52,764 nucleotides of DNA, taken from NCBI GenBank assembly GCA_039802265.1, contig JBDRWI010000007.1, positions 1 through 52,764 on the forward strand, read 5' to 3'. The notes beneath the pieces are model-generated. The model did no database searches, was not told the DNA's origin, and was given only the letters and a program-made list of their open reading frames with translations. This DNA is from a candidate division WOR-3 bacterium (lineage in GTDB: Bacteria; Hydrothermota; Tepidihabitantia; SM23-42; JAOAFX01). The position numbers and the translations under genes are program-made. Below are positions 28,801 through 36,030 of the stretch, piece by piece. Position 1 is the first letter of the stretch; each line of letters opens with the position of its first letter.

Positions 28801-29399
28801 ATAGTGAATTAAAAACAAGATTTGTTTCAGAAAATTTCTTACTTGATGTTAGAAATCAGGTTGATCTGAAATATGCCTTATTAAATAAGGCACGGGAGTA
28901 TATTACCAAAAGCGAGGACATTGCCAAAAAAAGAGGGCTGCAGAGATTATTCCCAATCATATATTTAATTTTTAGCGAACTTCTACTTGCAGAATGTAAT
29001 ATTTTAGACAATAAAACTGAAGTAAAAAAGATTAAATTGTCAAAGGCACTTAATTATGTTGAAAAATCATTGAGTCTTTCTGAAGAACTCCATTTAGAAA
29101 AAACGAAGGCACAAGCCTTTCTTATACAGGCACGAATTGAAACATTGTTAGGCAATCTGGAAAAGGCAGAAGAAAAATTTAATGTTGCAATCTCTATATT
29201 AGAACAGAAAGAGATACTCACTGAGATAGCACGGGCATACTACTATTATGGTGAAATGTTGAAGATTTTTAAAAAAAATAAGACAAAAAGCGAAATAGAA
29301 AAGGCAAATAAATATTTGCAAAAGGCAAAAGAGATTTTTATCAAATGTGATGCAAAGATTTGGTCTGAGAAATGCCGTAGGTTATTGGAAAAAATCTGA
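25884..29399 (+). CDS. Class III adenylate/guanylate cyclase - AAA/STAND NTPase - TPR protein
   Basis: ERRLITILFADLSNFT, IHKYEGD, FGLPTAHEDDPERA, GINSG, TVMGDVVNLTSRL; IVGRDKEL, Walker A GEPGLGKT, Walker B VVEDYHW, GNPFYLEE, FRHPLLQE; C-terminal 40-aa TPRs. Start moved to ATG 25884. Confidence 0.92.
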   Translation: MEQRTEERRLITILFADLSNFTALSSQLDPEDVQEIANTTFEILNKPIIAQGGTIHKYEGDLVIALFGLPTAHEDDPERAIKAGLKMMELIPEVNDKLSKKLKKKTDLGLHIGINSGIVVAGEVGSEDKKEWTVMGDVVNLTSRLKDIAKRSEIIVSEPVFRASRYLFDYEVLPPVSIKGIERPVRIFRPLKIKEKPDPKRGIQGLYSPIVGRDKELQTLKEKIDELQRGKGGAIFILGEPGLGKTRLYEEIKKDFISSPIYLFEGRCSLSDENFSYSTILQILKEIFGIYEDTTASIEQKIISRTKELFPDDYKDLAPYICQLFSVNITEEFKKKIEYLDPQSLKRQIFLAVRRLLFEMAKKQPLILVVEDYHWIDSSSLELFEFILTNQENEQQLLFIGISRIEKEKECWQVKERLKDKLGEKFFEIILEPLDYESSARLTHNLLNILGIPEDFKDRILKKAEGNPFYLEEIIRALIDTGHLKLDAGVWCLSSDVNDIEIPDTVQTLIISRIDRLEPELKQILQIASVIGRIFYRQILQYVSKVDDLLLTLQLATLEEFEYIKECETDSDYTLIFRHPLLQEVIYNNILKKKRKELHNRVAECIEQSFSERIDDFCDLLSQQFYFAENWEKALTYSIKSAEKAKRLYLNKQAIELYERAEECAEMINNTVKKIYCIKEKSEILNLIGETKSALDEVGKGIELSRNIMDKKSEADCLIAISDIYANLSRYEDMLDSASKALSIYKTINDKRGEAESLNNIGYAYEHFGEYNKALEYYNKSLKIQEQIDDRDGQAVSLNNIGIVYMNFGEYNKALEFLVKSLNIRDELEDLAGQATSLNNIGTVYDDLGEHIKALEYYKKSLKIQEEINDMDGKGTSLNNIGYLFSIFGDYKKALEYYMESLKIRIEIGDKDGQGTSLWNIGVIYRNMGDYQKALEYFIESLKIREEVNDINGQVDNLCNIGKIYINVAYLQDSELKTRFVSENFLLDVRNQVDLKYALLNKAREYITKSEDIAKKRGLQRLFPIIYLIFSELLLAECNILDNKTEVKKIKLSKALNYVEKSLSLSEELHLEKTKAQAFLIQARIETLLGNLEKAEEKFNVAISILEQKEILTEIARAYYYYGEMLKIFKKNKTKSEIEKANKYLQKAKEIFIKCDAKIWSEKCRRLLEKI
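28140..28770 (+). repeat. Intragenic 120-bp TPR-coding repeats, about x5
   Basis: Repeated SLNNIGxxYxxxGxYxKALEYxxxSLxIxxxxxDxxG units at 40-aa spacing. Confidence 0.85.
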
Positions 29400-29503
29400 G
29401 TCCGCTACTTTGCTCAAATTATTTTTAGCGCTTAGACTGCCTGTTAATTATTATCGTCAACATACCAATAAAATCTAATCTGGAATATCTCCTTGCTAAT
29501 TCT

Positions 29504-29530
29504 AATTTCCCCCTTTGAGAAGGGGAAATT
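29504..29530. terminator. Intergenic hairpin (possible terminator or dispersed repeat)
   Basis: AATTTCCCC-N9-GGGGAAATT, about 105 nt downstream of the cyclase stop. Confidence 0.4.
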
Positions 29531-29677
29531 TTATCTGCTTCGGTCAAATTCGTTTGACTCTAAGGTATTGAAAAATATCTGCAGACCAAGTTTGCCACTA
29601 CGAGTCTTACGAAATTTCTATAGGTTTATTGAACCTAAAAGAAAATCATAGAGATGATTCAGAGCAGAAATGTACCC

Positions 29678-29705
29678 TTGACTGGATAAAAAAAATATAT
29701 ATAAT
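29678..29705 (+). promoter_or_regulatory. sigma70-type promoter of the S8 peptidase gene
   Basis: TTGACT-N16-TATAAT, then GGAGG RBS before ATG 29729. Confidence 0.75.
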
Positions 29706-29728
29706 TAAGAATTGTGAAGGGAGGTCTT

Positions 29729-32002
29729 ATGAAGTATCTCTTTGCGCTCCTTTGTATTGGTGGTGTGCTTTTAAGTGCACCGATCTCAATGATTCACTAC
29801 CGGTTTGATCCGGCACAAGGTGAGCCTGAAATCCCCGTGACTCTCAAGGGAACTCCACAGGAATATGACTACTACATCGTCCAGTTCACCGGTCCGGTCC
29901 TTGATGTCTATAAACAGGGAGTGATGGAATTGGGTGGAGAATTCTATTACTACATCCCGGAGTATGCCTTTGTTGTAAAACTGCCGAGTGCAAGGATTGA
30001 TGAGATAAGAAATTTGCCACAGGTAAGTTGGGTCGGCTACTATCACCCTGCATACAAAATCTCTCCGAATATCGGCAAACATACCTTCAAGACACCGCAG
30101 CGAAAAAATGACCCAAAGTTAAGGCTCTGGATAACCCCATTCCCCAATGTGGATTTGGAAAGGTTGCTACGGGATATTCAAAATACGGATGCCCAGATAA
30201 TTGAGGCAACCAAAAGAATTATTGAAATAAGGATTGATAAAGAGAGACTGAATGAACTTGCCCGAATCAACGGGATATTCTGGATTGAAGAGAAGCCCGA
30301 ATGCTTTTTAATGAATAATATTACCAGGTGGGTAATCCAGACCAATGTCCAGAATGATACTACTGTCTGGGCACACGGGCTCCACGGTGAAGGTGAGATG
30401 GTTGGTTGTATGGACTCCGGAATTGACATCCTCCACTGCTTCCATCGTGACCCGGAAGGCGACCCACCGGGACCGAATCACCGCAAGGTAAAGGCATATC
30501 GGGAATATACCACACCCGCAGGTATGTATGACTTTTGTGAGCCCGGACACGGCACCCATGTTGTTGGCACAATCCAGGGTGATGACTATACCAATACCAT
30601 TCCGGCCTATAATGGGATGGCTTATAAGGCAGTGATTACCTTCGGTGATATCCAGGATACATCTTGGAGTGCCTGTAATCTTGGTGCTGTATATCCACCA
30701 AATGATTTAACCACCGACTTCAATGCTGCTTACAATGATGGGGCAAGGGCACATACTAATTCCTGGGGTTCAACAAGTAATACCTACGATGCAATGGCAC
30801 AGCAGGTTGACCAGGCAATGTGGAACCATAAAGATATGTTGATTCTATTTGCCAATGGGAACTCCGGACCAGATGCCAATACTGTCGGTTCACCGGCAAC
30901 TGCGAAGAACTGTGTCTCGGTGGGAGCAACCCAGCAGGCACCGAATCAGAATAACATCGCTGATTTCTCCTCACGTGGTACTGCCTATGATGGCAGGACA
31001 AAACCAACGGTCTGTGCCCCGGGGGTAGGGATAAATTCTGCTGATAATCAGACCAGTCAATCCTGTTCCTATGTTGCATTTGATGGCACTTCAATGGCAA
31101 CACCGGCAACCTGTGGCGCAGCACTTTTAGTTCGCCAGTATTATCGCCTTGGTTATTATCCGGGTGGTTATCAGGGTTCAGGCTCAAGCATCATTCCGTC
31201 TGCCGCGCTGATGAAATCAACCCTTATTAACTCAGCGGATAAGATGGGGTCCTTAACCTTCCCGGGTATTGAACAAGGTTATGGAAGGGTCAACCTCAAC
31301 AATGCCTTATATTTTGCCGGTGAGGCAAGGAAACTATTGATAGAAGACAATGCCACAGGTCTCAGTACCGGTGGTTCCTGGTCAAAGCAGTTCCAAGTCA
31401 GCAGTTCAACGCAGTCACTCAAGGTGGTATTGTGCTGGACCGATTATCCCGCAGCCCAGAGTGCAAACCCGGCAATCGTAAATAATCTTGACCTCCAGGT
31501 CCAGGACCCGAATGGCAATATCTATCGTGGAAACTACTTTTCCGGTGGCTGGTCACAGCCGGGTGGAAGTGCGGATAATATAAATGTGGAGGAATTGGTC
31601 TGGATACAGACACCCACAATCGGAACCTGGACTGTGACTGTCCTGGGTACAAATGTCCCGCAGGGACCACAGCCGTTTGCAGTCACGATAACCGGTGATG
31701 CCAGTTTCACCGGAATTGCTGAGGGTAAATTTGAGGTTCAACTGCCCAGGTCCTTGAATGTAATTCCCAGTGTGGGCAGGGATAACTTCAAAATCTCCTA
31801 CAATATCTACCGCTCGGGCCCGGTAAATCTAAGGATTTACGATGCCAGTGGTAGGTTGGTATATCAGAAATCAGAACCAATGGTCAAACCCGGTGCCTAT
31901 GAAAGGATATTCTCCGCCAACAAAATCGCCAGCGGTGTCTATTTTGTCCGCCTTGATAGTGATGGTCTGATCGAAACCACTAAATTCCTGATTGTAAAGT
32001 AA
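29729..32002 (+). CDS. Secreted S8 subtilase (KP-43-like) with T9SS-type C-terminal domain
   Basis: Signal peptide; propeptide YIVQFTGP...YIPEYAF; catalytic MDSG, GHGTHVVG, ANGNSG, GTSMATP; PSAALMKSTLINSA, QGYGRV, LCWTD...NNLDL; CTD RIYDASGRLV...GVYFVRL...KFLIVK. Confidence 0.93.
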   Translation: MKYLFALLCIGGVLLSAPISMIHYRFDPAQGEPEIPVTLKGTPQEYDYYIVQFTGPVLDVYKQGVMELGGEFYYYIPEYAFVVKLPSARIDEIRNLPQVSWVGYYHPAYKISPNIGKHTFKTPQRKNDPKLRLWITPFPNVDLERLLRDIQNTDAQIIEATKRIIEIRIDKERLNELARINGIFWIEEKPECFLMNNITRWVIQTNVQNDTTVWAHGLHGEGEMVGCMDSGIDILHCFHRDPEGDPPGPNHRKVKAYREYTTPAGMYDFCEPGHGTHVVGTIQGDDYTNTIPAYNGMAYKAVITFGDIQDTSWSACNLGAVYPPNDLTTDFNAAYNDGARAHTNSWGSTSNTYDAMAQQVDQAMWNHKDMLILFANGNSGPDANTVGSPATAKNCVSVGATQQAPNQNNIADFSSRGTAYDGRTKPTVCAPGVGINSADNQTSQSCSYVAFDGTSMATPATCGAALLVRQYYRLGYYPGGYQGSGSSIIPSAALMKSTLINSADKMGSLTFPGIEQGYGRVNLNNALYFAGEARKLLIEDNATGLSTGGSWSKQFQVSSSTQSLKVVLCWTDYPAAQSANPAIVNNLDLQVQDPNGNIYRGNYFSGGWSQPGGSADNINVEELVWIQTPTIGTWTVTVLGTNVPQGPQPFAVTITGDASFTGIAEGKFEVQLPRSLNVIPSVGRDNFKISYNIYRSGPVNLRIYDASGRLVYQKSEPMVKPGAYERIFSANKIASGVYFVRLDSDGLIETTKFLIVK

Positions 32003-32008
32003 AAAGAG

Positions 32009-32037
32009 AAGGGGGCACAAATTGTGCCCCCTTTTTT
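32009..32037 (+). terminator. Rho-independent terminator after the S8 peptidase
   Basis: AAGGGGGCACAA-A-TTGTGCCCCCTT followed by a T-run, 6 nt after the stop codon. Confidence 0.85.
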
Positions 32038-32038
32038 A

Positions 32039-34093
32039 ATGTATAAACTCCCCTCAATAGACAAAGTTATCCAGACAATAGAAAACTTGAAACTCAAAAA
32101 TGAAGAACGAGTGCTAATTCTTTTTTTTATCATTCTTTTGAGGAATCTCTTAGAATCCCAGTTTGAATTTCCAGGATATATTGGCTTTGTCAAGATACCC
32201 ATAGACTCGTTCTTTGCCTTCTTTTTACACTTTCCTCTATTCTATATCGCACTCTTTTATAGCCTTTATCTTCTCCTTTCCTGGCTAAGGGGTGAGCAAG
32301 AAAAAATCCTGAATGTGCTCGTTATTGGATTCGGTATAATTTTGATTCCCCCTCTATTTGATTGTCTTATCTTAAAACGCCAATACCATATCTCTTATTT
32401 TGTTGATTTTGAATCGTATATCAAGGGATTGATGGGTGTTGTAGTACCCTGGATAAAGGGTGTTGAAGAGGTATCCTGGGGTCAGCGGATAGAGGTCTAT
32501 TTAACAGATATTTTGGTCTTTTTTTACCTCCTGGCTAACAGACGGGGCATCATCCGCGCAATTGGGGGATTACTTTTAACCCACCTTATAATCGCCTGCT
32601 TTGGTGGTGTCGGTATGATTCTTGTTCCATTCACCCAAAAGAGTTGGCTTCTCTTTTCCCATCACCAGGCTTATATCCAGTTCTTTGGTATATATCTTTT
32701 GGTTGTATATACCTTAAGGCATAAGGAAATCTTATTAAGTTTGATTGAATCTAAGGAACTGATAACATTAATTGGACTGATTGTATTTACTACTGCTGGC
32801 TTCCTTTATTGTCTGAAATTGAATCTACCCCTCAATCTGCCACCTTTTCTCTTTTCTTCCCTCATTTCTCTCTATTTTCTGAATCTCGCATTTGTCCTCC
32901 AATACAATTCTCAAAATCTTTTATTGGGTGCCCTGGGATTATGCCTTGCCTTTTCGGTGCGCTATGAGGTATTTGTCCTGGCGGTCTTGTTGATTCTTAT
33001 GCTCCACATAAAAAAGATTATAAGGCTATTGATTTTCAAGGGTATAGTTTCAGGTATGTTGGCAATTGCCAGTCTGTATATCGGTACTGCCGTCTTCTTC
33101 TTTTATAATACAATTTCGCTCACGCCACCAATCCTTGTTCTTGTTGTATTTCTTGTTGGCACCATCGTCGGTCTTAACAGGAAGCCGGTCGTCTGGCTCC
33201 CTGCATTTTCTGTGGTGATTATCACAGGCCTTTTTGCCCCGCCTCAGAAATCAATCAACGAACACATCAATTTATTATTGAGCAGTTCCCTATTTAAAGA
33301 AGGAAGATATAGAGATATTCCGGTAATCTTGAAGGATACTGAAAAGAATGATATTGTAAACTTTCTCATTGGTGCCTCACTGGTAAATTTAGGAAATGCC
33401 CAAAAAGGACTGGTCTATCTTGACCGCTGTAGTGAAGTCAATCGCGACATTATCGTTGCAAAACTCGCGGGTGCAAATCAGTGTGGTCAATTTGAGAGAG
33501 GGCTTGAGGCCCTGGAGCAAGGGCTCAGGAATGGAATAATGCCCGACGAACTTTATCTTGAAAAGGCAAGGCAGCTCATGCTGATGAATGAATTGGGTCA
33601 GGCAGAAAAATTTATTGATAGTGCCCTTGTCTTTGGTGCCCGGATGATAGACTGTTATAATCTGCTCGGGGATATATATAACCAGAAAGGAGAATATTCA
33701 ACTGCAATCATAATTTATAAAAAGGCTCAGAAGATTGACCCCGGAGATTACTACGCCTATGCCCAGGAAGGTATGATACAGTTCTCTTTGAAAAATTACG
33801 ATGGATCAATTCAATCGTTCCAAACCGCGATAAAACTAAATCCAAAAGACCCCTTTGTCCGCAATAATTTAGGTGTCGTCCTGAGAACAATCGGTGAATT
33901 CCCGAAGGCAAGGCGGGAATTTCTACTTGCCCTTGAACTGGCACCGGGATTTATTGAACCGCTTTATAATTTAGGTCTTATTGCGCTTGGTGAAGGTAAA
34001 ACAGAAGAGGCAATTTACTGGCTTGAAAGGGCATTAAAGATAAATCCAGATTTTACACCGGCACAAAATACCCTCAAAGAGATTTTAAAATAG
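32039..34093 (+). CDS. Polytopic membrane protein with C-terminal TPR array
   Basis: About 400 aa of successive hydrophobic segments, then TPRs (YNLLGDIY...NNLGVVL...YNLGLIA...ALKINPDF). Start uncertain; ATG 32039 is preferred over GTG 32024, which lies inside the terminator. Confidence 0.8.
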   Translation: MYKLPSIDKVIQTIENLKLKNEERVLILFFIILLRNLLESQFEFPGYIGFVKIPIDSFFAFFLHFPLFYIALFYSLYLLLSWLRGEQEKILNVLVIGFGIILIPPLFDCLILKRQYHISYFVDFESYIKGLMGVVVPWIKGVEEVSWGQRIEVYLTDILVFFYLLANRRGIIRAIGGLLLTHLIIACFGGVGMILVPFTQKSWLLFSHHQAYIQFFGIYLLVVYTLRHKEILLSLIESKELITLIGLIVFTTAGFLYCLKLNLPLNLPPFLFSSLISLYFLNLAFVLQYNSQNLLLGALGLCLAFSVRYEVFVLAVLLILMLHIKKIIRLLIFKGIVSGMLAIASLYIGTAVFFFYNTISLTPPILVLVVFLVGTIVGLNRKPVVWLPAFSVVIITGLFAPPQKSINEHINLLLSSSLFKEGRYRDIPVILKDTEKNDIVNFLIGASLVNLGNAQKGLVYLDRCSEVNRDIIVAKLAGANQCGQFERGLEALEQGLRNGIMPDELYLEKARQLMLMNELGQAEKFIDSALVFGARMIDCYNLLGDIYNQKGEYSTAIIIYKKAQKIDPGDYYAYAQEGMIQFSLKNYDGSIQSFQTAIKLNPKDPFVRNNLGVVLRTIGEFPKARREFLLALELAPGFIEPLYNLGLIALGEGKTEEAIYWLERALKINPDFTPAQNTLKEILK

Positions 34094-34826
34094 CCCGGGC
34101 TAATTTCAGGTTGAGTCGGTGGGATGTATTGCGGGCAGATATTACTCCAGCCAAGGGTTTTTGTAGCACAAAGAGGTCGCCAAGTAAATCAAGAATCTTG
34201 TGGCGCACCGGTTCATCGGAAAACCTTAAAGGCTCGGCACTATAGATCTTTTTTTTGGTTATACCAATACCATAAGGGGGTAAATCCTTTAATCTCGGGT
34301 CGGATTCATCGGTAAAGACAAAAGTCCGTGCAGGTGCAATCTCTTTTATATAACTCTCTTCGTTCACCAAAAACGAGAAATACTCACTCTTTATATATGG
34401 ATGAGTTAACTCCATTTCAATTTGTAATTTGTCGTCGGATACGGGTTGATAATGGATATAAGAATCGCCTTCTTTTATGAATATCTCCTTCGCCCTTAAA
34501 TAATTCAAGTCTTCTCTCTTAAAGGGAAGGAGAGGATTGATAAACGGTTTGCTGGAACCATCAAAAAAGGGAATCTCTTTGCTATGGACATCAATACGGA
34601 GATTGAAAAGTCGCAGACAATATAACACGGAAAACAGGTGTTCTACAACACCTACCGACCCAAGATATACAAGATGGCTCACTACTGAAAGATTATCAAT
34701 ATTTAAGGAAATGTACTGTAGGGGAACACCATCGCAATGAAAACAGAAGGTAAACCCGCTATCCTTTTGGATTCTGATTTCACCTGCAGTACCATTCAGG
34801 CAGGGCCCCCGAATAATAACAGTCAT
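34074..34826 (-). CDS. lpxC: UDP-3-O-acyl-N-acetylglucosamine deacetylase LpxC (short, divergent)
   Basis: VVEHLFS, EIPFFDGSS, EIAPARTF, LRFSDEPVRHKILDLLGDL, SHRLN. Confidence 0.9.
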   Translation of the reverse strand: MTVIIRGPCLNGTAGEIRIQKDSGFTFCFHCDGVPLQYISLNIDNLSVVSHLVYLGSVGVVEHLFSVLYCLRLFNLRIDVHSKEIPFFDGSSKPFINPLLPFKREDLNYLRAKEIFIKEGDSYIHYQPVSDDKLQIEMELTHPYIKSEYFSFLVNEESYIKEIAPARTFVFTDESDPRLKDLPPYGIGITKKKIYSAEPLRFSDEPVRHKILDLLGDLFVLQKPLAGVISARNTSHRLNLKLARAILKSL

Positions 34827-35765
34827 CTATTCTTCAATCTGATGGTAGAGTCGGGCAAGTGCCCGCAGGACAAGTTTATGCCGACGGGCCGGGATGCCTG
34901 AGTATTGCTCATTGGCAATTAAATCTTTGAATACCCCGCTTTTTGCATAGACTACTGTATTATCGCCGATCTTTAAGTGGTCACTAACCCCCACCTGTCC
35001 ACAGAGGATTACATTGTTACCAATTTTGGTTGAACCAGCAATGCCGGTCTGACCCATAATCAAACAATTCTTGCCAATTTTAACATTGTGTGCAATGTGT
35101 ACAAGGTTATCAATCTTTGTTCCTTTGCCAATCGTAGTATCGCCGATTGTACCCCGGTCAATTGCTACATTGCTGCCAATCTCAACATAATCAGCAATAT
35201 CCACCCCCCCGATATGTCTTATTCTCTTATAACTACCCTTATTTATATAACCAAATCCTTCCTTCCCGATTACGGTGTGGGCTCCGATCTCAACAAAGTT
35301 GCCGAGTTTGGTATTTTTGTATATTACTACTCCCTGACCGATAGTACAGTTTTTGCCAATTATTACCCCTTCATCAACATAGGCACCGGCACCAATAAAT
35401 GTTCCGCTACCGATTTTTACACCCCTTTTTATAGTCACATAAGGCTCTATAACACAGAATTTCGGAAGGTTGATTTGTTTATCAATCCACGAAAGTGGCG
35501 ATATCTCTCTCTTTTTGATTTTACCGGTGAATCTTTTAAGCAATTGATACATTGCACGGCGCGGGTCTCTGACGACAATACCGCTCTTTCCCCTTATCTC
35601 TTTTCTTGCAATCACCGCCCCGGCCCTGGTCTTGATGCTGCTATCAAAGAGAAAGGCGAGGTCATCCGGGCCGGCCTCTTCAGGAGGAAGGATATTTTTT
35701 ATCAAGAAATCTTTTCTTCCATATAACACTCCATTTACAATCCTTGCGACCTCAATGAGTTTCAT
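34827..35765 (-). CDS. lpxD: UDP-3-O-(3-hydroxymyristoyl)glucosamine N-acyltransferase LpxD
   Basis: Hexapeptide repeats; [47 protein letters not shown]. Confidence 0.96.
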   Translation of the reverse strand: MKLIEVARIVNGVLYGRKDFLIKNILPPEEAGPDDLAFLFDSSIKTRAGAVIARKEIRGKSGIVVRDPRRAMYQLLKRFTGKIKKREISPLSWIDKQINLPKFCVIEPYVTIKRGVKIGSGTFIGAGAYVDEGVIIGKNCTIGQGVVIYKNTKLGNFVEIGAHTVIGKEGFGYINKGSYKRIRHIGGVDIADYVEIGSNVAIDRGTIGDTTIGKGTKIDNLVHIAHNVKIGKNCLIMGQTGIAGSTKIGNNVILCGQVGVSDHLKIGDNTVVYAKSGVFKDLIANEQYSGIPARRHKLVLRALARLYHQIEE

Positions 35766-35771
35766 GCCAGA

Positions 35772-35799
35772 ATGCTAATCAATAAAATCAAGATGTCAA
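35772..35799 (-). promoter_or_regulatory. sigma70-type promoter of lpxD-lpxC, probably leaderless
   Basis: TTGACA-N16-TAGCAT; ATG 6 nt after -10; no SD. Confidence 0.68.
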
Positions 35800-35820
35800 G
35801 GGCTGAATAAGACTATATCT

Positions 35821-35851
35821 TTGTATAGGAATTTGAAAAATTCCTATACAA
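35821..35851. promoter_or_regulatory. Perfect 14-bp inverted repeat between the divergent lpxD and metG promoters
   Basis: TTGTATAGGAATTT-GAA-AAATTCCTATACAA; function unknown. Confidence 0.45.
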
Positions 35852-35997
35852 TGGTAATGAAATTTTTCATTATAGTTAAAAAAACCACAAGATATTCAGG
35901 GGAGGATGATATGAAAATGGTCTACGCACAAAGAGATGGTTTGCTATATAGCGGGGGTTTTCAGGGGGTATCCCCCTGAATATCTTGAATGAAGTCA

Positions 35998-36025
35998 TTG
36001 ACATTTTGCAGTATTTATCTATAAT
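35998..36025 (+). promoter_or_regulatory. sigma70-type promoter of the metG operon, probably leaderless
   Basis: Consensus TTGACA-N16-TATAAT; ATG 5 nt after -10; no SD. Confidence 0.8.
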
Positions 36026-36030
36026 TCCCT

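Noticed and set aside
35088..35726. 212-aa plus-strand ORF
   Set aside because: Antisense shadow of lpxD with no recognisable motif or RBS.
35880..36030. T-box or SAM riboswitch upstream of metG
   Set aside because: No T-box (GGTGGnACC) or SAM-I consensus, and the metG promoter leaves essentially no leader.
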